A stretch of 64,000 nucleotides of DNA from Gammaproteobacteria bacterium (GTDB taxonomy: Bacteria > Pseudomonadota > Gammaproteobacteria > Steroidobacterales > Rariloculaceae): assembly GCA_017577365.2 (NCBI GenBank), contig PKRJ02000006.1:2116-66115 (forward strand). Reading direction: 5' to 3'. The first letter of the stretch is position 1; every line of letters starts with the position of its first letter. The translations under genes and the position numbers were made by a program. This document shows, piece by piece, positions 9,734-17,589 of this stretch. Below the pieces are notes generated by a model that saw only the letters and a list, made by a program, of their open reading frames with translations, was not told the origin of the DNA and ran no database searches.

Positions 9734-10867
9734 TTAACCGGAGGCGGAGTCGTCGACCGAGACGGAGTTTGCAGATCGCGATCCCGGGATGCGGCGAGGC
9801 GAGGAATCGAGCAGGTAGGCGACGGCGCCGACGAGGCTCAGCAGGATCAGCATGCCTCGATTCAGAACGACCGGTATGATCGATACGTCCGCAGGCACGC
9901 CGTGCTTCGAGAGAAGATAAACGAAGGTGCCCTCGAAGACGCCGAGACCGTTGATCGAGATCGGCAGGACGGCCGCGAGCGTGCAGACCGCAAGGACCGT
10001 CATCACCTCGAGGAGCGTGATCGATTGCTCCGCGCCGTAGCGCAGAACCATCAAGTACGCGCAAGCCACACCGAGGTGGAAGCCCACCGAGATCGCGGCG
10101 ATTGCGAGCGACCTGCCCGGCTGGCGCACGTAGTCGTCGAAGTGCTCGGCGATCGTGCCGTGCAGCGTGCGGAGCTTCTCGGGGACGTTCTGCAGACGCG
10201 AAGGAACGACGGAACGCAGCTTCAAAGCGACGAAGGGTGCGGCGACGCACGCGAGCAGCGCGACGAGGGGGGTCGGCGAGATTTCCCTCCCGACGTCGAT
10301 CGCGAGCAGCACCGCGGCGCCGGCTCCGAGGAGCACGAGGCCCCCGAATCCCGTGATCCGTTCGACCGCGATCGCGATGATCGCGCTCGCCTTGCTGCGG
10401 CCGTTGTCGAAGGTCTTGCAAATGCGGTATCCGTCGCCGCCGATGCTGGTCGGAAAGAAGTTGTTGAGGAAGACGGCGACGAAGTAGTACTTGCTGAGCT
10501 TTCGGAACGGGTAATCGATGCCGTGGACCTTCAAGAGGATCTGCCACTTGTAGGCACTCAAGAAGAAGGTGAAGGTCAAGATCGCGAACATACCCGCGAC
10601 GGGCATCCAGCCTATTGTCGCCAAACTGCGCCACGCGGCCGACCAGTCGATCCGTGCGATGATGACGCCGCAAAGCGTTGCCGCGACTGCAATTTTTGCG
10701 ACGAAGAAAGCGAACGAGCGAGACACGGCGAAGGCTCGGCGTCGCTCATCGGCGACAGTTTGGCCTGCAGGGCCCGACATCGCCATGCCGAGTTCCTTCG
10801 ACGCAACGGCCGACAAGCCTGGATCTTCCAGCGCCGAGGAGCTCACGTTCGCGCGCTCGTACGTCAC
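9734..10867 (-). CDS. Flippase-like / lysylphosphatidylglycerol-synthase TM-region family membrane protein (UPF0104)
   Basis: The protein is polytopic and hydrophobic. 'YKWQILLKVHGIDYPFRKLSKYYFVAVFLNNFFPTSIGGDGYR' is typical of the family. The start is uncertain (10867 or the ATG at 10786). Confidence 0.7.
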   Translation of the reverse strand: MTYERANVSSSALEDPGLSAVASKELGMAMSGPAGQTVADERRRAFAVSRSFAFFVAKIAVAATLCGVIIARIDWSAAWRSLATIGWMPVAGMFAILTFTFFLSAYKWQILLKVHGIDYPFRKLSKYYFVAVFLNNFFPTSIGGDGYRICKTFDNGRSKASAIIAIAVERITGFGGLVLLGAGAAVLLAIDVGREISPTPLVALLACVAAPFVALKLRSVVPSRLQNVPEKLRTLHGTIAEHFDDYVRQPGRSLAIAAISVGFHLGVACAYLMVLRYGAEQSITLLEVMTVLAVCTLAAVLPISINGLGVFEGTFVYLLSKHGVPADVSIIPVVLNRGMLILLSLVGAVAYLLDSSPRRIPGSRSANSVSVDDSASG

Positions 10868-11071
10868 AAATTCTGCAGTCCGGAGATTGTCGAGGTGAAA
10901 ATGCCTCGAGGCTCGGGCACGGCCTAAGATCGGCTATTGCGCGGATGCGCTGGCGATTACCGATTCCGCGTCTACAGCCCCCGGCGCAGAAGAAAGCAAG
11001 ACGCGTGCCAGGCGCCCCGGACGAGCGCCCGATCGTTCACGATGCGGAAGGGCCTGCGCGGCCCGAGCGGC

Positions 11072-12292
11072 TTACTCTTCGACCGGCTCGAGTCGAAGGA
11101 TCGTGCCGTCGGGCGAGCCGCTGCCGTAACGGACTTCGGTCGCGAGGTAGATCAGGCCGTCCGGTCCCTCGACGACGTCGCGGAAGCGCACGCCGAGCTC
11201 GGTCAGCATCGGATTACGCTGCTCCGACTGGCCGCTGCCGCCGAACACGATGCGTTGCACCTGCTGACCGCTCAACGCCGTCACGAACAGGTTGTGACGC
11301 CACTCGGGAAAGCGCGCGCCGCTGTAGAACGCGAGGCTCGACGGGCTGATCGCGGGCACCCAGAAGAGCCGCGGGTTGTCCATGCCGGGACGCCAATACG
11401 GATAGTCCGAGACGAGCGTGCCGGAGTAGTTGCGGCCCATCGAGACGAGCGGCCAGCCGTAGTTGTGGCCGGGGTAGAGGATGTTCACCTCGTCGCCGCC
11501 CATCGGCCCGATGTCGACGCTCCACAGCTCGCCGGTCTCGGGGTGATACGAGAAGCCGTACGTGTTGCGGTTACCGTACGTGAAGATCTCGGGCTTCGCG
11601 TACTTGCGGCCGACGAACGGGTTGTCGTCCGGCACCGTGCCGTCGTCGTTCAACCGCAGCACTTTGCCGACGTGGTTCGAGAGATCCTGCGACAGGATCC
11701 GAATGCTCGTGTCGTCGACGGGGCCGCAGCAGAGTCTGTCGCGGTCGCCGACGCTGACGATCAGCTTGCCCGCGGGATCGAAGATCATCCGTCCGGCCGT
11801 CGCGTTGAACGCGTTCTCCCACGCGTCCGCGACGAAGATGTCCTCGACGTCGACGAGCCGGTCGCCTTCGAGCCGGCCGCGGGCCACGGCGAGCGTTTGC
11901 CCGCGCCCCTCTTCGGATTTCGTGTACGAGACGTAAACGAAGCGGTTTTCCTCGAAGCGAGGATGCGTGATCACGCCGTGCAGCACGTCGCGGCCTTCGG
12001 TCGGCGCGGTCCAAAGCGGCTCGGGGAGCAGCTTCCCGTCGCGAACCATGCGCAGCCGGCCGTTCATCTCCGTGACGAGCATCGTGTTGCCGTCGGGCAG
12101 GATCTCGAGATCCCACGGACCGACGAGGCCCGAGGTCACGAGCACGACGCGGAAGCGCGTGCGTCCGGACTCGAGCACGAGCGGCTCGTCCGCGGTCGGG
12201 AGGTTCACGCGCGGCGCGGGCGGCTGCGCGGCGGCGCTTGCGGAAAAGATGGCGGCGCAAATGACCGTGATCGACGACGACAGCTTCTTCAT
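11072..12292 (-). CDS. PQQ-dependent (soluble) sugar dehydrogenase, Sec-exported
   Basis: Signal peptide 'MKKLSSSITVICAAIFSASAAA'. 'GLVGPWDLEILPDGNTMLVTEMNGRLRMV' and 'YGNRNTYGFSYHPETGELWSVDIGPMGGDEVN' resemble sorbosone/glucose dehydrogenase beta-propellers. Confidence 0.85.
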   Translation of the reverse strand: MKKLSSSITVICAAIFSASAAAQPPAPRVNLPTADEPLVLESGRTRFRVVLVTSGLVGPWDLEILPDGNTMLVTEMNGRLRMVRDGKLLPEPLWTAPTEGRDVLHGVITHPRFEENRFVYVSYTKSEEGRGQTLAVARGRLEGDRLVDVEDIFVADAWENAFNATAGRMIFDPAGKLIVSVGDRDRLCCGPVDDTSIRILSQDLSNHVGKVLRLNDDGTVPDDNPFVGRKYAKPEIFTYGNRNTYGFSYHPETGELWSVDIGPMGGDEVNILYPGHNYGWPLVSMGRNYSGTLVSDYPYWRPGMDNPRLFWVPAISPSSLAFYSGARFPEWRHNLFVTALSGQQVQRIVFGGSGQSEQRNPMLTELGVRFRDVVEGPDGLIYLATEVRYGSGSPDGTILRLEPVEE

Positions 12293-12471
12293 ATCGCGTA
12301 TTGCTCCCCCTCGACGCCCGCGCGGATCGTGGGCCCGAGCTCAGACCAATCCTCGCGAGCGAATCCTACACGCCGCGGTGCGGCTGCACCATACAAGTGC
12401 AGGACGAAAACATTGCGCCGAATCCAAAGAATTCCGACGTTCGAGAATCGGGCGCGAAAAGCATCGAGTCC

Positions 12472-12513
12472 GCCGACGCGGCCCGGCGAGCGAGCGCCGC
12501 GGGCCGCGTCGGC
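12472..12513 (-). terminator. Strong GC hairpin just downstream of the tandem-NTF2 gene (candidate terminator)
   Basis: A perfect 14-bp inverted repeat, gccgacgcggcccg (12472-12485) / cgggccgcgtcggc (12500-12513), starts 5 nt after the stop codon. Only a short, displaced T-run follows on the minus strand. Confidence 0.4.
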
Positions 12514-12517
12514 GGCG

Positions 12518-13921
12518 CTATTGCACGATGACCGGCCGGCCCGTCACCGGGTTGTCGTAATGGAACGGCGGCACGAACGTGCTCGGATACATCTCGAAGA
12601 TCACCGACGGCGGCTGGTCCGGAGGATTCGATTCCGTGATGCCGGGCGGATCGCGCGGCACGAGATCCCGCCAGCCGAGATCGTACGGCGCGAAGTACGT
12701 GTTGAAGACCTGATCCTTCCTGATCTTCCAGATGCCGTTTTCCTTGACGAGCTCGTTCTCGTACACGCCGCCCATGAAGAGGCCGGCCTGGCCGTAATTC
12801 CCCATGATGCTGAACGCGCGCGAGCGCATCTTCGCCGTGCGTCCGTCCGGCGCGACGTGAATCACCGGCTGATATTGCATATGGTTGTGCTGCACGCCGT
12901 GATGGATGCCCTGCTCGCCGTAGAGGTCGAGATTCCGGCGCACGCTCGCCTTGCCGACGTAGACGCCGCGGAGCGCGATCTCGATCGTGCCGTCGTCCGC
13001 GAAGATGCCGGCGAGATGATCCCATTGGTTGCGCGCGAGGTAATAGCCGTAGACCGAATGCAGCCGCTCGATCTGCGCGACGTCCTCGAGCAATCCGATG
13101 CGTTTCTCGACGTCGTCGAGCGCCGCTTCGATCGCGTCGAGATCGGCCGGCAGAGCCGCCGCATGCGCGGCGGGCGAGTCGGCGTACACCGGACCGCCGC
13201 TCACCGGATTCTCGTAGTGGAACGCGGGCGTCGCGGGCACGGCCGGATACGGCGCGTGGCTCAGCGACGAGGGCCGATCGGGCGCAAGCGTCGACGAGAA
13301 CGTCGGCTGCGGCAGCGCAGTCTTGCCCCAGCCGTCCTCGTAAGGCGCATACATGCGCTCGAAGCGGCGCAGGCTCGCGATCTTCCACACGCCGTTCTCG
13401 TTGACGTAGTCGTTCTCGTACCAGCCGACGCCCCATTCGGCGAACTCGCGGTACCGCGCCTCCTGCGCGAACAGCCGCCAGCGGCCTTTCGCGGTCTTGC
13501 CGTCGGGCGCGACGTGCACGATCGGCTGAAGCTGCATGCGGTCGAAGAGCCGGCCGTATTGCGGGAACTCGTCGTCGATCGAGCGCAGGTACTCGAGAAT
13601 TCGCTCGCGGCCCTCGTAGACGCCGCGTCCCGCGACCTCGAGCGTCGCGTCGTCCGCGAAGAGGCTCGCGGCCTCCGTCCAAAGACCTTCCTCGATGTAG
13701 AACCCGTACGTGCGCTGCAGGTTCTCGATCTCGTGCGCGTGCTCGAGGAGCGAGACCTCGTGCGCGAGCACCGCGGCACGCCGCGCGAGCTCCGCGACGC
13801 GATCGGCCGACTGCGCATTCGGACCGTCCGACGGTGTGACCGCCGACAGCGCAAGGCCGGCCGCGGTGGCCGTGCCGATCAGGCCGATCTTCCGGCGCCG
13901 CTCGAAGCGTCTGTCGTTCAT
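12518..13921 (-). CDS. Tandem NTF2/SnoaL-like domain protein (two modules), Tat-like signal
   Basis: N-terminus 'MNDRRFERRRKIGLIGTATAAGLALSAV'. It holds two ~200-aa repeats, each containing 'YG[YF]Y', 'FADD.T[IL]E', 'VAPDG[KR]TAK', 'YEN..V.ENG[VI]WKI' and a 'PFHY.NPV[ST]G' tail. An AAAGGAG Shine-Dalgarno precedes the ATG. Confidence 0.8.
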   Translation of the reverse strand: MNDRRFERRRKIGLIGTATAAGLALSAVTPSDGPNAQSADRVAELARRAAVLAHEVSLLEHAHEIENLQRTYGFYIEEGLWTEAASLFADDATLEVAGRGVYEGRERILEYLRSIDDEFPQYGRLFDRMQLQPIVHVAPDGKTAKGRWRLFAQEARYREFAEWGVGWYENDYVNENGVWKIASLRRFERMYAPYEDGWGKTALPQPTFSSTLAPDRPSSLSHAPYPAVPATPAFHYENPVSGGPVYADSPAAHAAALPADLDAIEAALDDVEKRIGLLEDVAQIERLHSVYGYYLARNQWDHLAGIFADDGTIEIALRGVYVGKASVRRNLDLYGEQGIHHGVQHNHMQYQPVIHVAPDGRTAKMRSRAFSIMGNYGQAGLFMGGVYENELVKENGIWKIRKDQVFNTYFAPYDLGWRDLVPRDPPGITESNPPDQPPSVIFEMYPSTFVPPFHYDNPVTGRPVIVQ

Positions 13922-13939
13922 CTCGTCCGCTCCTTTCCG

Positions 13940-14689
13940 TTATTCGCCGGTGACCGGATTCGGGAAGTGGAACGGCGGCAGGTAGGTCGCCGGCCACGTG
14001 TCGTACTCGACCGTCGGCGGCGCATCGGGAGGCAGGCGATCCGAGACGTATTTCGCGCCGTTCGCGTCCTCGTTTTTCGCCCAGCCGCCTTCGTACGGGA
14101 CGACGAAGCTCTGGAACCAATGGAGCTTCGAGATCTTCCAGACGCCGTCCTCTTTGACGTACTCGTTCTCGTAAGGGCCTTCGCCCCAATACGCGCCTTC
14201 GCCGAGCCGGCCGGTCATGATCAGTCCGCGCCAGCGCGCTTTCGCGGTCTTGCCGTCGGGCGCGACCGTGACCACCGGCATGAGCTGCATGTGCTCGTTG
14301 AGCTCGCCCTCCGCCAGGCCCGAGCGGCCGTTGCCGAGCGCGTAGAGGTATTCGCGCACGCGCTCCTTGCCGATGTAGACGCCGTCGAGGCCGATCTCGA
14401 TCGAGCCGTTCTCCGCGAAGAGGTCCGCGACCTCGTCCCACATCGCGTGATCGACGTAGTAGCCGTAGGCGCGTTGCAGGCGCTTGATGGCCGCGATGTC
14501 CTCGAGATGCGTCTTGCGGCGCTCGAGCTCCTCGATGCGTCGCTCGAGCGCCGCGATGCGCGCACCGTCGGCGCCCGAGGCGTTGCCTGTGGAAGCGTCG
14601 CTCGTCGATTCGCCGCAGCCCGCGAGCGAGAGACCCGCGAGAACGCCTGCGAGCGCGGCATACGCCTTCGAATGGTCGTCGTGCTTCAC
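13940..14689 (-). CDS. NTF2/SnoaL-like domain lipoprotein (single module)
   Basis: A GGAGG Shine-Dalgarno lies 8 nt before the GTG at 14689, giving 'MKHDDHSKAYAALAGVLAGLSLAGC' (lipobox). Module motifs are as in the neighbouring gene, ending 'PPFHFPNPVTGE'. Confidence 0.8.
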   Translation of the reverse strand: MKHDDHSKAYAALAGVLAGLSLAGCGESTSDASTGNASGADGARIAALERRIEELERRKTHLEDIAAIKRLQRAYGYYVDHAMWDEVADLFAENGSIEIGLDGVYIGKERVREYLYALGNGRSGLAEGELNEHMQLMPVVTVAPDGKTAKARWRGLIMTGRLGEGAYWGEGPYENEYVKEDGVWKISKLHWFQSFVVPYEGGWAKNEDANGAKYVSDRLPPDAPPTVEYDTWPATYLPPFHFPNPVTGE

Positions 14690-14741
14690 GCGCTGAACCT
14701 CCCCCTGTTTGGCGCGGCCCCGCACGGCCGAAGCATAGCGG

Positions 14742-14780
14742 AAAAAGAAAGGGGCCGAAGCATCGGCCGCTTCGGCCCCT
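14742..14780 (-). terminator. Rho-independent terminator after the carotenoid-oxygenase gene
   Basis: Read on the minus strand, an 11-bp stem (aggggccgaag / cttcggcccct) with a 9-nt loop is followed by TTTCTTTTT. Confidence 0.7.
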
Positions 14781-14804
14781 CGAGCATCGGCTCCGATGCG
14801 CGTA

Positions 14805-16373
14805 TCAAACGGCTGCCGGCAGCTTCTCCTCCGGCACCCACCACCCGTGGACCTGCCCGACGGCGCGCATCGGCAGATGCACGACCGCGACCGGTCCCTC
14901 GTCGAGGTGCTCGGCGTCGAGGATCACGAGATCGGCGCGGCCGCCCTCGTCGTTCCGGGTCGCTACACCCATCAGGTAGCCGCTGCCCTCGGGCGCGTCC
15001 GGGCCCCTCGGCGCGAAGCAGCATTCGGCGAGCGACGTATCCGGTCCCGCGTTGTACAGCGTCACCTTGCGCGTCTGATGGTCGAAGCGCACGTAGCACG
15101 CCCCGGGCCGGCCCTGCGGATTCGGCTCGGGGCAGCCGAGGAAGCCGTAGCGGTACGGCACCGTGTTGTAGCGGTCGTCCTGCCGCGGCAGCGCGCCGAT
15201 GTAGTCCTGATACATCGTTTCGATCTGGTAGCCTCGGGGCGTTCGGCCCGAGAGATTCGCCGAGAGCCGCGTGATGCGGCTTTGACCCGCGACCGGGTCC
15301 CACGGGTCGCCGCCCTTCATCGGCATGAACGGGAACGGATTCGACATCGACATCTCGACGTCGACGTAGATTCGATTGCCGTCGTCGAACGCGCCCATCA
15401 CGTGAGTGGCGCTCCGCGTCGGGCCCTCGAACCATTGGATGTCCTTGCCGTCGCCGAAGCGGCGCAGCACGCCGAAATACGTCGGCTTCGTCTTGTCCCA
15501 CGACCAGTGGATGCCGCCGCGCCGCATCTGCTCCTCGTCGATCGTCATCGGGATCACGTAGAACACGATGTGCCTCTGCGTGACCGCGAAGTCGTGCAGC
15601 ATGCCGACGTACGGCACCTTGATCATCGTGCTCCACACGAGCTTCCCGCCCGGCGTGAACTCGAAGATCGCAACGTCGTCGCTGCCGTGACCGGTCGCTT
15701 CATAACCGAACGCGACGATATTGCCTGTCTCCGAGTCGACCTTCGGATGCGCCGTGAACGTCTTGCTCGGCAGCTGATCGTCGAAGGTGTAGACCGGCGC
15801 GATCGTCTCGAGCGTCAGCAGGTCGAGCGCGGCCGGCGGGCTGTCCTCCTTCAGCGCGAGCAGGAGGTTGCGGTGATTGATGATGTGCGTGTTCGCCGTG
15901 CTCCGCGACAGCCCCTTGACGCTCGGATCGTCGAGGTAGGGGTTACGGTACATCGGGAACAGGATCCGGCGCGCCTTGTCCTGCGCGACGTAGCGCTCGG
16001 TGCGCACGAACCGGCTCTTGTAATCCACGCGGCCGTTCTTGATGCGGAACATGCTGACGTGGCCTTCGCCGTCGAACGGGATATTGCCCGGGCGCAGCGG
16101 ATACTGCGGGTCCGGTCCGACGCGATAGAACGCGCCGTTCAAGTCCGACGGGATCTCGCCCGTGACCTCGCAGTCGCGAACGTCCGCCTCGAGCCGATAG
16201 AGTGACGGCCGACGCGCCGACGGGCGCTCCTCGCTCGACGGGGCGCTCGGATACCGGTCCTCCTGCGCGTCCGCGGCGCGCGATGCGAGGGCCGCTGCGC
16301 CGACACCGACGGCGGCACCGAGCGCGCCGCGCATGAACGAGCGACGGTCCAGCTGGTCTCGATCTTCGGTCAT
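14805..16373 (-). CDS. Carotenoid oxygenase family (carotenoid/stilbene cleavage dioxygenase), Tat signal
   Basis: Twin-arginine leader 'DRRSFMRGALGAAVGVGAAALASRAADA'. 'FDGEGHVSMFRIKNGRVDYKSRFVRTERY' fits the family. All four Fe-ligand His contexts are present: 'TAHPKVD', 'MLHDFAVT', 'ATHVMGAF', 'QVHGWWV'. Confidence 0.9.
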   Translation of the reverse strand: MTEDRDQLDRRSFMRGALGAAVGVGAAALASRAADAQEDRYPSAPSSEERPSARRPSLYRLEADVRDCEVTGEIPSDLNGAFYRVGPDPQYPLRPGNIPFDGEGHVSMFRIKNGRVDYKSRFVRTERYVAQDKARRILFPMYRNPYLDDPSVKGLSRSTANTHIINHRNLLLALKEDSPPAALDLLTLETIAPVYTFDDQLPSKTFTAHPKVDSETGNIVAFGYEATGHGSDDVAIFEFTPGGKLVWSTMIKVPYVGMLHDFAVTQRHIVFYVIPMTIDEEQMRRGGIHWSWDKTKPTYFGVLRRFGDGKDIQWFEGPTRSATHVMGAFDDGNRIYVDVEMSMSNPFPFMPMKGGDPWDPVAGQSRITRLSANLSGRTPRGYQIETMYQDYIGALPRQDDRYNTVPYRYGFLGCPEPNPQGRPGACYVRFDHQTRKVTLYNAGPDTSLAECCFAPRGPDAPEGSGYLMGVATRNDEGGRADLVILDAEHLDEGPVAVVHLPMRAVGQVHGWWVPEEKLPAAV

Positions 16374-16505
16374 GACTCACTCCCCCGGCACATCGAAATG
16401 CTCGAGCCGGACACTATAAACCTCCGTGGAATATGGGGGAAACCGCGGACGCGGCGGCGCTATCCCGAAGCGGAAAGAACGCCGCCGCGGCGCTCGGTGG
16501 GGCTT

Positions 16506-17459
16506 TCAGCTCAGGTTGTCCCAGAAACGCTCGATCTCGCGCCTGAGCGCCTCGTCCGGCAGGCGGCCGCGCGCCGCAGCCTGGTTGTCGAGCAGGTGCC
16601 TCACCTGGGTCGTGCCGGGGATCGCGGCCGTGATCACGGGGTGCGAGACGACGTACTTCAAGAAGACCTGCGCCCAGCTCGAGGCGTCGATATCGCTCGC
16701 CCAGTCGGGCAGAGGCACATCGCGGACCCTCGCGAACAGGCTCGCGGCGTTGCGCCGCCCGCCGAAAGGCGTGTTCGCGAGCACGGCGAGCCCGCGCTCC
16801 TCGGCGAGGCGGAGGACGCTGTCGGCCGAGGAGCGATTGTCGATCGAGAAGTCGACCTGCACGAAATCGAGCGGATAGCGGCGCATGCCGTCCATCAGGC
16901 CTTCGTACTGGTCGTCGGTCGACGTGCTCATGCCGATGTAGCGAATCCGGCCGGCTTCCTTCGCCGCGATCAGCGCCGGCATCAAGACGTCCGTGCCGTG
17001 CAGATTGTGGATCTGCATCAGGTCGATGACGTCGGTCCGCAACGCCTCGAACGCCTTGGCGAGCGTCGCTTCCGGATCCGAGACGTCCCCCCGGATCGGC
17101 GTTTTCGTCGCGATGAACAATCGGTCGCGGTTGCCGAGCTCCTCGGTCAGCCGGCCGATGACTTGCTCGGAACGGCCGTACGCATGCGCCGTGTCGACGA
17201 CCTTGCCGCCGAGCTCGGGCAGGCGCGCGAGCACGTCTCTGAGCGGCGCGAGCTGCTCTTCGCTCTCGACGCCGAACGCGTTCGTGCCGATGCCGATCAC
17301 GGGAAGCCGTTCGCCGGTCGACGGAATGGGTTTCGTGATGAGCGGCATGTCGAAGATCTCCTGGGCGAGCGCGCCCGCCGGGCGGGCGAAGGCGGCGCCG
17401 GCGGCCGCGGCGATGCCGACTTTCAGCGCGTCGCGTCTCGTGATGCGAACCTGGTGCAT
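16506..17459 (-). CDS. Aldo/keto reductase with twin-arginine signal
   Basis: An ATG at 17459 preceded by GGAGG gives 'MHQVRITRRDALKVGIAAAAGAAFARPAGALA'. AKR core motifs: 'GIGTNAFG', 'VDTAHAYGRSEQVIG', 'FIATK' and 'YIGMSTS'. Confidence 0.85.
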   Translation of the reverse strand: MHQVRITRRDALKVGIAAAAGAAFARPAGALAQEIFDMPLITKPIPSTGERLPVIGIGTNAFGVESEEQLAPLRDVLARLPELGGKVVDTAHAYGRSEQVIGRLTEELGNRDRLFIATKTPIRGDVSDPEATLAKAFEALRTDVIDLMQIHNLHGTDVLMPALIAAKEAGRIRYIGMSTSTDDQYEGLMDGMRRYPLDFVQVDFSIDNRSSADSVLRLAEERGLAVLANTPFGGRRNAASLFARVRDVPLPDWASDIDASSWAQVFLKYVVSHPVITAAIPGTTQVRHLLDNQAAARGRLPDEALRREIERFWDNLS

Positions 17460-17589
17460 TGAACCTCCGTCGATCGGTGCTGCTCTGCTGGGACGTTCGC
17501 CGTGGATCGTAGCGCACGAGCGTGTGCCGGCGAATACCGTATCGACGGCGGCTAGGCTTTCCGGATCGCGTTCGGCACAATCCGCGCCG

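Noticed and set aside
10937-15274. 1445-aa plus-strand ORF, the longest in the track
   Set aside because: It runs antisense to four well-supported minus-strand genes (PQQ dehydrogenase, both NTF2 genes and the dioxygenase). It is Arg/Ala/Val/Asp-rich and low-complexity, with no motifs. This is a typical shadow ORF of a GC3-rich genome.
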